Positions 48,693 to 57,949 are shown, numbered from the stretch's first letter. The stretch is DNA of 64,000 nucleotides from an uncultured Bdellovibrio sp. (GCA_964490895.1 CAZBEI010000118.1:482-64481); one strand, 5' to 3'. The notes: generated by a model from the letters alone, not told the origin. A program made the numbers and translations.

Positions 48693-50157
48693 GCATTTTG
48701 GACTTACTCAAAAGCAGGCAGAAAAAATAATATGCACCGCATTAAAAAATGGGGGAACATTGGCTGAGCTTTTTTTTGAGGAGACGGACTCCACGCAAAT
48801 TTTTTTAGAAAATGGAAAAGTAGATCGCATTATGGATGGAATAGATAGGGGTGCTGGACTGAGGTTGCTGCATCAAAACCACACTTATTATGCTTATACG
48901 ACTGATTTGAACTATTATTCTTTGAACAAATTAGCGGATTCTTTGTCTTTAGCAATTTCATGGGCAATTTCGGGTGCTGCCTCGGGGGCTCTCTCTGGCT
49001 CAGTGAAAAAACCAATGCAGGATTTTGAATGGAAGCTCTGCCCTCAGCCGGTGTCAGAAATTTCTAACTACCGCATTCAAATAAATCCAAGACAGCTCTC
49101 TTTGGATAAAAAAATTGATTTAATAAAAAAGGCAGACTTTGGAGCAAGAGAAGTTTTTCCCGAAGCACGAGCGGTGACTGCCATGTTGGGGGATTCGTTT
49201 AGGAAAATTTTAATTTTAAATAGCGATGGATTATTTGCCCCTTGTGAGAAAACATACCTTTCTACTTATGTGCAGGTGGTGGGAGAAAAAGAAGGAAGGG
49301 TAGAGTCCGCATACAAAGTAGAGGGTGGATTTGCAGGGTTAGAGTTTTTTGACAAAATCTCTCTCGAATCAGTAGGGCGCGAAGCGGCTCGAAAGGTAAA
49401 AGTCCTTTTGAGAGCTTCGCCTGCTCCGAGCGGGACCATGCCTGTCGTGCTTTCGTCTGAGGCGGGTGGAACGATGATCCACGAAGCAGTGGGGCATGGT
49501 TTAGAAGCGGATTTAGCCTGCAATGGACTTTCAGTTTATCAAAATAAACTGGGGCAAAAGGTGGCTTCGCCTTTGGTCACTGTGGTCGACGATGGAACGA
49601 TGCAGGGACTTAGAGGCAGTTATAGTTATGACGACGAGGGCACAGCTTCCCGAAAAAATGTGCTGATAGAAAAAGGGGAACTCAAATCTTACCTTGTCGA
49701 TCGACTCTCAGGTCTCAAGTTTGATCTCATGGCTACCGGAAATGGAAGGCGCGAGTCTTTTAGACATAAACCCATAGTCCGAATGACCAATACTTATGTT
49801 GCACCAGGAAAAGATGATCCCGAGCAAATTTTGAAGGACACCCAAAAAGGAATTTTTGTCAAAGCCATGGGTGGAGGACAAGTCAATACCGTGACTGGAG
49901 ATTTTGTTTTTGCAGTGACCGAGGCTTATCTAATTGAGAATGGAAAAATGGGAGCACCGATTCGCGGGGCAACGCTTGTTGGAAATGGCCCGAAAGTTTT
50001 GTCTATTGTAGATCGAGTTGGAAGTGACTTGGGTTTTGCGGTGGGGACATGTGGAAAAGACGGCCAGGGAGCCCCCGTAACAGATGCGCAGCCTACAATG
50101 CGCATCCCGGAGCTCACTGTGGGCGGCGAAGTTCCGATGAGTACGTATTGGCCTTAA
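48676..50157 (+). CDS. tldD: metalloprotease TldD
   Basis: 493 aa with zinc motif HEAVGHGLEAD and a Gly-rich C-terminus (GGGQVNTVTGDF). Confidence 0.85.
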   Translation: MKLELEHFGLTQKQAEKIICTALKNGGTLAELFFEETDSTQIFLENGKVDRIMDGIDRGAGLRLLHQNHTYYAYTTDLNYYSLNKLADSLSLAISWAISGAASGALSGSVKKPMQDFEWKLCPQPVSEISNYRIQINPRQLSLDKKIDLIKKADFGAREVFPEARAVTAMLGDSFRKILILNSDGLFAPCEKTYLSTYVQVVGEKEGRVESAYKVEGGFAGLEFFDKISLESVGREAARKVKVLLRASPAPSGTMPVVLSSEAGGTMIHEAVGHGLEADLACNGLSVYQNKLGQKVASPLVTVVDDGTMQGLRGSYSYDDEGTASRKNVLIEKGELKSYLVDRLSGLKFDLMATGNGRRESFRHKPIVRMTNTYVAPGKDDPEQILKDTQKGIFVKAMGGGQVNTVTGDFVFAVTEAYLIENGKMGAPIRGATLVGNGPKVLSIVDRVGSDLGFAVGTCGKDGQGAPVTDAQPTMRIPELTVGGEVPMSTYWP

Positions 50158-50176
50158 TCTTGCTTGGTATGAGCGC

Positions 50177-51169
50177 ATGCTCATCTGGGCCTTGGCTATT
50201 ATTTTCTGTGGATTGGGTTTGTTTTATCTTTTTGGCGAAGTTCGCTTTTTGTCTTCGTGGAGTGGCTTAAGTTCTGAGCTAAGAGAACTCCAAAAAGCAA
50301 AATCCCTCCTCCATGAACTTGCGGATACCTTGGAGTCGGGTTTAGTCCTAAATCCAGACCACTTCTCCAAAATCCGGACTCTTGCTCTACCCTGGAATGA
50401 ATTGATTTTTGAAAGTTTGCAAGAACTAAGGCGCCAAGGCGGTGCGCTTTTGCCTACGATCAAGCGTATTCGAGTTTTAGCTGAGGAGCACGCAAGTGCC
50501 ATCAAAGAGGCACGTTCGAAATCAATGCAAGCGTATGCCCAGTCTTTAGTTTGTGCAGGATTAGTCCCAGTGTTTGGAAGTACTCTTTATTTTATTTTGC
50601 CTGCAGTAGGGGAGCATTGGCGCACTTGGCTTTGCGTCTGTTCGGGCGCGATGGTTTTGGCTTTATTTTCGGCGCTTTGGCTTCTAAAAATGGCAGAAAA
50701 AGCACGTTGGGGTGGGCTCAAAAACTCAGAAAGAAATTGGATCTTAGATTCTCAATGTGCTTTGGAGCGGTTTTTAGCGCTCGTGCGTACAGGGGTTCCT
50801 ATGGATTTGGCATGGGCAAGGAGTTGTGAGTTGCTCAAAAAAAGAGCTCCGATTTTAGCGCTAAAGTGGGGTTTTTCAGTTTGGGAGTCTGCCCAAGAAT
50901 ATCCCAACCAAGGCGGCAGCAAAATAATAATTTTAAATTTAGGCATACAAGTAAAAAAAATTCTACAGGTCAGCCTTAGAGAGGGGAGACCTTGTTTGGA
51001 TAATGTGGAAACTCTCTTGAGGGCTTTTCGCGAAGACCTGCGGGGATGTGTTGAGCGAGAGCTTGCTCTCCTGAATATTCGAGCCATGAAGCCTTTGTTT
51101 TTTTGCGTGGCTCCTGCCCTGTTTTCACTTTTATCGGTGGGGCTCTATATGAGTTATGTATGGATGTGA
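50177..51169 (+). CDS. polytopic membrane protein, unknown (TM-cytoplasmic-2TM-cytoplasmic-TM topology, faintly T2SS-F/TadB-like)
   Basis: 330 aa. Hydrophobic segments and helical soluble stretches were read by eye, and no motif was recognised. Confidence 0.4.
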   Translation: MLIWALAIIFCGLGLFYLFGEVRFLSSWSGLSSELRELQKAKSLLHELADTLESGLVLNPDHFSKIRTLALPWNELIFESLQELRRQGGALLPTIKRIRVLAEEHASAIKEARSKSMQAYAQSLVCAGLVPVFGSTLYFILPAVGEHWRTWLCVCSGAMVLALFSALWLLKMAEKARWGGLKNSERNWILDSQCALERFLALVRTGVPMDLAWARSCELLKKRAPILALKWGFSVWESAQEYPNQGGSKIIILNLGIQVKKILQVSLREGRPCLDNVETLLRAFREDLRGCVERELALLNIRAMKPLFFCVAPALFSLLSVGLYMSYVWM

Positions 51170-51305
51170 TTAAATTCGCACTCCTTGTGATTTTATTTTC
51201 TATTATTTTAGGCGGAAAAGTGTGGGTGTTTCCAGAAAAAGGACGATTTATTATGGAGGAAATGACACAACACTAGCCATGCATAGTGGGGGGAGTTTAA
51301 AAAAA

Positions 51306-51397
51306 CAGTGACTGTTCAGCCTCATTCTGTAGGCTCGGTGTAAAAACGGGAGTGGCCGCCGTAGGTTTTACACCGAGCCTGAAGAATGAGGCTTAGG
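51306..51397. mobile_element. foldback remnant of the 20412-20988 MITE (both TIRs separated by 17 nt)
   Basis: GTGACTGTTCAGCCTCATTCTGTAGGCTCGGTGTAAAAAC-gggagtggccgccgtag-GTTTTACACCGAGCCTGAAGAATGAGGCT. The spacer is the complement of CTACGGCGGCC found just inside the left end of the long copy. Confidence 0.6.
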
Positions 51398-51714
51398 CAT
51401 TTCTAAACAACATCTTTGCGATATAGAAAAAGGCAGAAAACTTGTGAGTCCAGAGCGTGCTGCAAGATATTGTGAGCCGCGATGGTTTAGCCTATCGGGT
51501 AGAGCTAAAGCTGGCGTAGATTCCTGCCCCAAATAGGCTCTAATCCCTCAGTAGATTGTGGGAGGGGCATGAGCTTTTTTGGTGGAGGTAAATCTGGTGA
51601 CAAAGTGCACTTCCGGCGCCGAAGTAGAGGCTGGCCACAAAGTGGCTGAGCCGCGGCTCCTCTTCTTCAGAATAGAGTAGACATTGCTCCGCATATATCG
51701 GATAATATCGGAGT

Positions 51715-52878
51715 ATGGTCGACCGACTCTTTCGGGGCACAGGCTCAAACAGTTTTTTTATTTTTGGACCAAGGGGTGCTGGAAAATCCTACTGGCTGAA
51801 AAATAAATTTGCAAATAGGAGTGACGTTTTTTGGCTAGACCTGTTAGACGATGCCACTGAGGAGGCCTATTCTCAAAAACCAGGGCTACTGCGAGAAAAG
51901 CTACTTAAAAAGCCGTATCCTCACGTGGTCATCGACGAAGTGCAAAAAATTCCAAAGCTGTTGGACATCGTACATCTGTGTATTGAAAATCTAGCTACAA
52001 AGAGAACCCAGTTTATCATGACAGGCTCAAGCTCTCGCAAGCTTAAGCGAGGTGGGGCAAATTTGCTGGCTGGGCGGGCATTTCTTTATTTCATGCACCC
52101 GTACTCAGCAAGAGAACTGGGAGTAGATTTTGATCTCTCATCTGCTTTGTGCTACGGCATGCTTCCCAAGGTTCATGAGCTCGGAACCCCCGAAGATAAA
52201 AAAGAGTTCCTGAAGTCGTATGTCAGAAACTACTTAAAAGAGGAGATACGGATTGAACAGCTTGTTCGAAAACTAGATCCATTTCGGAGATTTCTCGAAG
52301 TTTCAGCGCAGTGCAATGGCAAGATTATCAATTTCAGCAACATTGCCAGAGATGTGGGCGTAGACGATAAGACGGTTGAGAATTACTACTCCATCTTAGA
52401 AGATACTTTGATTGGATTTTTCTTGCCTGCTTTTCACCGATCGATTCGTAAACAGCAGCATCAAGCGCCAAAGTTTTACTATTTTGATACTGGGGTGAAA
52501 AAAACTCTTGAAAACACACAAGACGTTCTTGTTGTCCCTGGTACCTATGAGTATGGCAATGCATTCGAACATTTTATTTTGTTAGAAGTCATGAAACTTA
52601 ATGAGTACTCACGGAAAGATTATAGATTTTACTACCTGCGTACGAAAGCTGGTGTCGAAATTGATTTGGTCATCGAAAGACCAGGAATGCCCTATGCATT
52701 AGTGGAGATCAAATCCTCAAATAGAGTTCAAGATCGAGATTTAAATGCGCTGCTCAGTTTTTCGAAGAACTTTAAAAAACCAGATCTTTTTTGCTGGTGC
52801 AATGAAAAAACAGGCCGCATTTCTAAGGGTGTGACTCTACTCAATTGGGCAGAAGGCATCAAAGAAGTGGGTTTGTAG
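51715..52878 (+). CDS. AAA+ ATPase fused to a DUF4143 (PD-(D/E)xK-like) domain, COG1373 family, paralog 4
   Basis: 387 aa with P-loop GPRGAGKSYWL, Walker B VVIDEVQ and C-terminal GVEIDLVIERPGMPYALVEIKSS. Confidence 0.7.
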   Translation: MVDRLFRGTGSNSFFIFGPRGAGKSYWLKNKFANRSDVFWLDLLDDATEEAYSQKPGLLREKLLKKPYPHVVIDEVQKIPKLLDIVHLCIENLATKRTQFIMTGSSSRKLKRGGANLLAGRAFLYFMHPYSARELGVDFDLSSALCYGMLPKVHELGTPEDKKEFLKSYVRNYLKEEIRIEQLVRKLDPFRRFLEVSAQCNGKIINFSNIARDVGVDDKTVENYYSILEDTLIGFFLPAFHRSIRKQQHQAPKFYYFDTGVKKTLENTQDVLVVPGTYEYGNAFEHFILLEVMKLNEYSRKDYRFYYLRTKAGVEIDLVIERPGMPYALVEIKSSNRVQDRDLNALLSFSKNFKKPDLFCWCNEKTGRISKGVTLLNWAEGIKEVGL

Positions 52879-52986
52879 TTAGGCATCAGAAATACAATTC
52901 ATTCGATAGGGTTGAGAATCGCTATTCCTATAATGTCTTTGACATGTTTGTGATGGTAGTAATGGTAGCTGGTAGGATCCCTAGAA

Positions 52987-53994
52987 TCACAGCAGCAGGG
53001 GAACATACGGGTTTTTTTTTCGGCTGACAAACTCAAAAGCAGCGGTTTGAGGGGCGTAAAATCGGGCTTCGGGTTTTCCGTTTTTATAAACGACGAGTGT
53101 CATCTCAGAGAGTTTTGAGTTAGAGCAGTAAAGCAGTGAGCCATCGGTGTCCTCATAAGTGATGCCAGCAAAACTCTTAAGTTCAGCTTTGATTTGTCCC
53201 TTAAATGTGAAAGGAGGAGACTCGGCTTCGAAATTCCACTCGGAGAGCTCGCTTTGAGAGCGAGAACGGATCGCGCTCCACAGGGAATTGAGGTGATAGG
53301 CTTTGTCTTGATAGTTGAAATAAAAGGTAGAAAGTTTTGGAGAGGGAACCCCACAAAGCAGTTTGGCTCTCGCACTGAGTCCTTCGAACACCACTTGAGC
53401 AGGTTGGCCTTTTTCGTCTAAGAAATAATTGCAATGGGACCAGACCCAAGAGTGTCCATTTTTTGACCCAGCGAGGTGGGCTTGCATTCCTGGAGATTGT
53501 TCCCAGCTATAACTTTCTCCATTGACTAAACAGGTTCCAGAAAAAGAAAGATTTTCGTGGACTGTCAACGCTTTGTTTTTTATGACTCCCGTTTTTGAGA
53601 GTGTTTTTGGAACAAGGTCGAAACATTCTCCATTCAATGACTTTATTTCTAAATTCCACTTGAGATGTTGGCCTTTGGCCTCAATCATACCTTGGGTGTG
53701 GTGGTCGGTCAAAAAACTTTCTTGGATTTGTATTTTATTGTTTTCTCCTTTGAAGCAAGCCAGCGGGAAAGTCTGTTTTAAAGCCGTTTTAAGAATTTCT
53801 CCATTTTCTTTTTTTTGAAAAAAGATCCCCCAGACCTCCGAAATTTTTTTGTAGCCATTTTTGCTGAGGAGAAGTGTAAATCTGAGCCAAAGGGCTCTGT
53901 TTTGAGCAGGTTCGTTGAGTTTGAGATACCAAACTTCCTGAAAACTTTTTCTATTTTCTTTGAGGTAATAAGATTCATTAGTCATCGCCTGCAC
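52987..53994 (-). CDS. hypothetical protein (Trp-rich, no recognised motif)
   Basis: 335-aa ORF transcribed divergently from the wHTH-NTase pair across a palindrome-bearing 90-bp region. Confidence 0.45.
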   Translation of the reverse strand: MQAMTNESYYLKENRKSFQEVWYLKLNEPAQNRALWLRFTLLLSKNGYKKISEVWGIFFQKKENGEILKTALKQTFPLACFKGENNKIQIQESFLTDHHTQGMIEAKGQHLKWNLEIKSLNGECFDLVPKTLSKTGVIKNKALTVHENLSFSGTCLVNGESYSWEQSPGMQAHLAGSKNGHSWVWSHCNYFLDEKGQPAQVVFEGLSARAKLLCGVPSPKLSTFYFNYQDKAYHLNSLWSAIRSRSQSELSEWNFEAESPPFTFKGQIKAELKSFAGITYEDTDGSLLYCSNSKLSEMTLVVYKNGKPEARFYAPQTAAFEFVSRKKNPYVPLLL

Positions 53995-54038
53995 TGTAGC
54001 ACTAATTTTTATCTATTTTAAAGTAATTTATAGATGTT

Positions 54039-54076
54039 GACCCTAATACGAGTCTGTATTACCCTGTATTAGGGTC
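54039..54076 (+). promoter_or_regulatory. palindromic operator GACCCTAATAC-N16-GTATTAGGGTC with an internal third half-site GTATTACCCT, overlapping a TTGACC -35
   Basis: Perfect 11-bp inverted repeat ending 9 nt before the wHTH ATG (54085). Confidence 0.5.
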
Positions 54077-54084
54077 ATATTGCG

Positions 54085-54417
54085 ATGTTGCTCTCAGGTT
54101 TATTTGGAAATGAAACTGCCGAAAAAGTACTGCTCTATTTCGCAAACTATCAGTTTGGATACCCTAGAGGCATTGCCTCAACTTTTCACATTGCGGTAAG
54201 CCAGGTCCAGCGCCAACTCGAACGTCTAGAGCGCGAGGCCATTCTCTGCAGCCGGTTAATGGGGCGAATGCGCATCTATGAGTTAAACCCTCGATATCTG
54301 TTTCGGAGTGAATTAGATGCTCTATTAAAAAAAGCATTAAATAACCTACCCCCAATGATTATTAATAAGTATTTTACACAACGTCGCCGTCCCAGGCGCA
54401 GAGGCAAGCTATTATGA
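54085..54417 (+). CDS. small winged-helix DNA-binding protein (putative antitoxin/regulator)
   Basis: 110 aa with basic C-terminal tail RRRPRRRGKLL. Its stop overlaps the next gene's start (ATGA). Confidence 0.45.
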   Translation: MLLSGLFGNETAEKVLLYFANYQFGYPRGIASTFHIAVSQVQRQLERLEREAILCSRLMGRMRIYELNPRYLFRSELDALLKKALNNLPPMIINKYFTQRRRPRRRGKLL

Positions 54418-54953
54418 ATTTGCTGATTCATGAAAACACCACTATCGTTGAATTAGGTGCCACGGTTTGCGAAGCACTTCGAGAAGTTGGGATTGATGCT
54501 TTCCTCTCTGGAGGTGCAGTTGTTTCGATTTATACTGAGAACAAGTATCAAAGCTATGATCTTGATTTTGTAACCATCGCAGACCGCCGTGAGATCCACA
54601 AAATAATGAAGCAGCTTGGATTTCGTCAAACAGAGTCGCGTCTTTACACTCACCCCAGAACTCAATTTGCCGTCGAATTTCCTGGTGCAGCTTTTCTAAT
54701 CGGTGATCAACTCATCCATGAATTTGCAGAACTCAAATTACCTCAGGGCACACTCAAGCTCCTTACCCCTACTGATTGCGTCAAAGACCGCTTGGCATCT
54801 TATTTTCATTGGAGTGACAGGCAAGGACTAAATCAGGCTGTTGCAGTAGCTCTTGCTCATCCGATAAAAATCAAAGAAGTTGCACTCTGGTCAAAAAGAG
54901 AAGGGATGCAAGCAAAGTTCACAGATTTTTTGACCGCGATTAAAAAATCCTAG
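54414..54953 (+). CDS. nucleotidyltransferase-fold protein, AbiEii/AbiGii-toxin-like
   Basis: 179 aa. LSGGAVVSIYTENKYQSYDLDFV resembles the AbiEii motif GGTAL...Y...R.S.DIDF. Confidence 0.45.
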   Translation: MNLLIHENTTIVELGATVCEALREVGIDAFLSGGAVVSIYTENKYQSYDLDFVTIADRREIHKIMKQLGFRQTESRLYTHPRTQFAVEFPGAAFLIGDQLIHEFAELKLPQGTLKLLTPTDCVKDRLASYFHWSDRQGLNQAVAVALAHPIKIKEVALWSKREGMQAKFTDFLTAIKKS

Positions 54954-55077
54954 TCCATTCATCGAAAATGATAGGGATCAAAAAATCGCGGGAGGACAAG
55001 GAGTTGAAATTGGAAATCCCAAAAAAGCCTTTAGCTATGCGATGCAAAACAAATGGATACAAGCTAAAGACGAGGCT

Positions 55078-55491
55078 CTATGATTTGGCTCTTGCTGTCC
55101 GAATTAAAAACCACAAAAGAATAAGCGCAATGATGAAGTCTGACACCATCCCTACGAGGTAGGCAAAATAGCGGTGCTCATTAAAAAAGAAATAAAAAAA
55201 ACAAACTGTCGACACTGTTTTAGAGAGGAGGTGAGTGAGGGTGTATCCTCTGGTTTTTGGAGATTCTGCTCCCAAAAAGCTAATGGCTGAGAGCATGGCG
55301 AGCATCGAGAGAGTCATTGTGAGCCAAAATTTTTCAGTGGATTCTGGGATCGCCTCCGTAAATTTGAAAAAACGAGGGCCGGCATTGATCAAATAAAAAA
55401 ATTCACTCGAAAAGAAGAAATAAAACAAGGCCAAGAGGGCATAAATGAGCCCCATTCCTCTGAGAAACCAAACCATGCGTTTGAGAGCCAT
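55078..55491 (-). CDS. small 4-TM membrane protein, unknown
   Basis: 137-aa hydrophobic ORF directly downstream of the Tad-like ATPase. Confidence 0.4.
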   Translation of the reverse strand: MALKRMVWFLRGMGLIYALLALFYFFFSSEFFYLINAGPRFFKFTEAIPESTEKFWLTMTLSMLAMLSAISFLGAESPKTRGYTLTHLLSKTVSTVCFFYFFFNEHRYFAYLVGMVSDFIIALILLWFLIRTARAKS

Positions 55492-55496
55492 ACCTC

Positions 55497-56438
55497 TTAG
55501 GAAATGTCACAATTCTGAATGGGACGCAAGAGAATCGTTTCGCCCTCTTGACCTTCGATTTTACAGATTTCTGAGATTTTGCGTTTTCCATTTACGTTTT
55601 CAAGTTGGACAATCCACTGTATCCCAAAGGCCAAAAGTTCCCGAATTGCTTTGAGGGGGATATTTCCTGAGTTTGAGAGTAAGCAGAGAAGCTCAATGCG
55701 CTTGAGGGCTTCGCGAGGAGAGTTGGCATGCAAAGTGGTCATGGCTCCTTGGTGTCCTGTGTTTAAGGCCTGTAAGAGTTCTAAAATTTCAGGTCCTCTG
55801 CATTCGCCTAAAACAATCCGGTCAGGACGCATCCGAAGTGCTTGTTTGAGCAGAGTGCGCAAAGTGACTTCTCCACATCCATCTGCATTGGGAGGACGAC
55901 TCACCAAACTAATAAAATGAGGGTGAGTCGGAGCCAGTTCTGGAGTGTCCTCCAGTGCTATGACACGCTCACACGGCGGAACTTGGGATAAAAGATCATT
56001 GGCTAAAGTGGTTTTTCCGCTCCCCGTTGCTCCTGAGAGGATGATGGATTCTCCTTTCTGAATGGCTTGGCATAGGTTTTTAAAATATAAAGACTCTTTC
56101 CATCTCGAGAGGTGCTGAGAGGGCTCAGGCAGTTTTCGGAGTGAAATGAGAACTCCTTTTTTAGAAATCGGAGGAAAAGTCACATGCAACCTAAAGCCAC
56201 TTGGGAGAGAGGCGTCTATAAAAGGGTATTTGGCATCCCATGTTTTTCCAGCCAATGAGATTTGATGTAAGACCCAAGCCTTGAGTTCTTCTTCGGTCCA
56301 ATCGCACGTGAGGGTTTCGAGCTTGTTTCCTCGATCTACAAAAATTTCTTTCGATCCATTGATGAGAATGTCGGTGACTCCTTTTTGTGACATGTATTCT
56401 TCGAGCCACGGGGGGGTGTTCATTCTAAAATATTCCAA
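55497..56438 (-). CDS. compact VirB11/CpaF/TadA-type secretion ATPase
   Basis: 313 aa with P-loop GATGSGKTTLANDL, Asp box IALEDTPEL and His box region RIVLGECRGPE. It lacks the usual N-terminal extension. Confidence 0.65.
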   Translation of the reverse strand: MEYFRMNTPPWLEEYMSQKGVTDILINGSKEIFVDRGNKLETLTCDWTEEELKAWVLHQISLAGKTWDAKYPFIDASLPSGFRLHVTFPPISKKGVLISLRKLPEPSQHLSRWKESLYFKNLCQAIQKGESIILSGATGSGKTTLANDLLSQVPPCERVIALEDTPELAPTHPHFISLVSRPPNADGCGEVTLRTLLKQALRMRPDRIVLGECRGPEILELLQALNTGHQGAMTTLHANSPREALKRIELLCLLSNSGNIPLKAIRELLAFGIQWIVQLENVNGKRKISEICKIEGQEGETILLRPIQNCDIS

Positions 56439-57901
56439 GGATAATCTGACGCGCTTTTGAGGTCTCGCTCCTCTGATGGAGAAAGCCAGTCTCTGGCCAC
56501 AGGTACAGGTCCTACTGGAAAGAGTTTTTCCATTCTTTGCATCGGGGGTTTAGGTGGGGAGGGAAGTGGAAATAAAACGGCGACAAGCTCTGACCGTTCA
56601 TTTATGAAATCTTCGGATTGAAAGAGAGAGCCTAATATGGGCAGATTTCTTAGAATGGGGATCCCTTTGGCCTGTTCCTTGGTATTTTGTTGTAATAGTC
56701 CTGAGAGCATGAGGGGTTTTTGAAATTCTGCATCCACTTGCGTTTTCATTCGGTTGGACTCAATTTTAGGGAGCTCGTCATAAGTGATGTAAGGATTGAT
56801 GTGGCTGACCTCAGTCAATATTTCCAGCCTGACTTTAGTGCCAGCAATTTGTGTGACCTTAAGTTGCAGGGTGAGCCCGTATTTTTTCCAAGCAATGTTA
56901 GAAGTAAAACGAGTTTTAATCCGTATGGGGATTTCTCCACCTGCAAAAAGTTCAGCCTCTCCAGGAACTCGAACTGAAAGTTCAGGGCGTGAGAGGATTT
57001 TGAGTGAGCCCTGACCCTCCAGAGTTTGTAAAGTGACATCAAGTTTAAGTGCATCTGTAATTTCCGAAGGTGTGATACGAAAGGCGTTTGGGATTTCTTT
57101 CGGAAAATTGAATCCCAGAGTATGGAAGTCTGTTTTTTTAAGTTCCAATAAAAAGACTCTAAAAAAAACAGTGGGGGAGCGATCGGGTAGACAATCTAAT
57201 TCTAATAATGCAAGGGGGTAGATTTTTTTGATTTCTTTTTCTGCGAGTTGTTTTTCTGTCGGATTTTCGAGGAATCCACGCATTAAGAGGGTCTTTCCTT
57301 TTTGTTCTATTCGGATTTGCTCAGAGTGGTGAGAGGTTTTAATCCAGTTTTCTAAATTCCTTTTGGCTGAGTCCAAAATTTCGTTTGTGGGCTCAGTTTC
57401 GTCTCGGATTTCGTTCGGAAAGGCTCTCAGGAGAGCTCCAAGGTTATCTATTTCTGCTGGGGTGTGGAGGATCCCCCGTAAAATAACGCCAGAGCCCATG
57501 CGTAAAATTTCGACTTCTTGGAGAGCGCTCAAAGATTTTTCGAGAATTAAATTGGATTTTATTTCAGAAAGTTTTTCTATTTGAATCGTCCGATGTTCGA
57601 CCGATTGGTCCGATTTCCAGACCCAGAGGTCTGTGGTCCCAGGCAGAATGGCTTTGATGAGGAGAGAGTCTTTGCGACTTGATTTCTTTAAAGTAGGGTG
57701 AGAAAAGGGGAGGGCACGGGCAATGGGAGAGCCAATAGAATAGCGTAAAAGACCTGGAATGCTGAGAAGTCGTTGTTCTCCTTGTCCAAGAATGAGAGTA
57801 TATTTTTCGAGGGTTTCTCCCCCAGAAGACAAGGAGGCAGATTCGGCGATAAACCCAGAAAATATTAAAAATGCTAAGAAAAGCGAGATTGTCTTTTTCA
57901 T
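56420..57901 (-). CDS. secretin (CpaC/RcpA-type, type II/III secretion system family)
   Basis: 493 aa with a signal peptide and C-terminal secretin domain (GGEIPIRI...GIPILRNLPILGSLFQS...SELVAVLFPLP). It overlaps the ATPase gene by 19 nt. Confidence 0.65.
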   Translation of the reverse strand: MKKTISLFLAFLIFSGFIAESASLSSGGETLEKYTLILGQGEQRLLSIPGLLRYSIGSPIARALPFSHPTLKKSSRKDSLLIKAILPGTTDLWVWKSDQSVEHRTIQIEKLSEIKSNLILEKSLSALQEVEILRMGSGVILRGILHTPAEIDNLGALLRAFPNEIRDETEPTNEILDSAKRNLENWIKTSHHSEQIRIEQKGKTLLMRGFLENPTEKQLAEKEIKKIYPLALLELDCLPDRSPTVFFRVFLLELKKTDFHTLGFNFPKEIPNAFRITPSEITDALKLDVTLQTLEGQGSLKILSRPELSVRVPGEAELFAGGEIPIRIKTRFTSNIAWKKYGLTLQLKVTQIAGTKVRLEILTEVSHINPYITYDELPKIESNRMKTQVDAEFQKPLMLSGLLQQNTKEQAKGIPILRNLPILGSLFQSEDFINERSELVAVLFPLPSPPKPPMQRMEKLFPVGPVPVARDWLSPSEERDLKSASDYPWNILE

Positions 57902-57949
57902 CCACGGATGGCATAAGCAATTCTAAGACCAAAGACTTGGAGGTTCAAA

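Noticed and set aside
50167-50182. hairpin ATGAGC-gcat-GCTCAT covering the ATG of the 50177 membrane-protein gene
   Set aside because: Short 6-bp stem without a T-run. It could modulate initiation but is too weak to call.
51474-51545. tRNA-like fragment (gagccgcgatggtttagcctatcgggtagagc...gattcctgcccc) resembling a D-arm and T-loop
   Set aside because: No consistent acceptor, anticodon or T stems could be paired, so it is at most a degenerate tRNA remnant and possibly an old attachment-site scar near the MITE. It is not called as a gene.
51640-51662. perfect 12-bp GC palindrome GAGCCGCGGCTC and a nearby CTTCCGGCGCCGAAG near-palindrome upstream of ATPase paralog 4
   Set aside because: Single occurrences with no repeated array or obvious partner gene. 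They are noted only as part of the compositionally odd 51.2-51.7-kb spacer.
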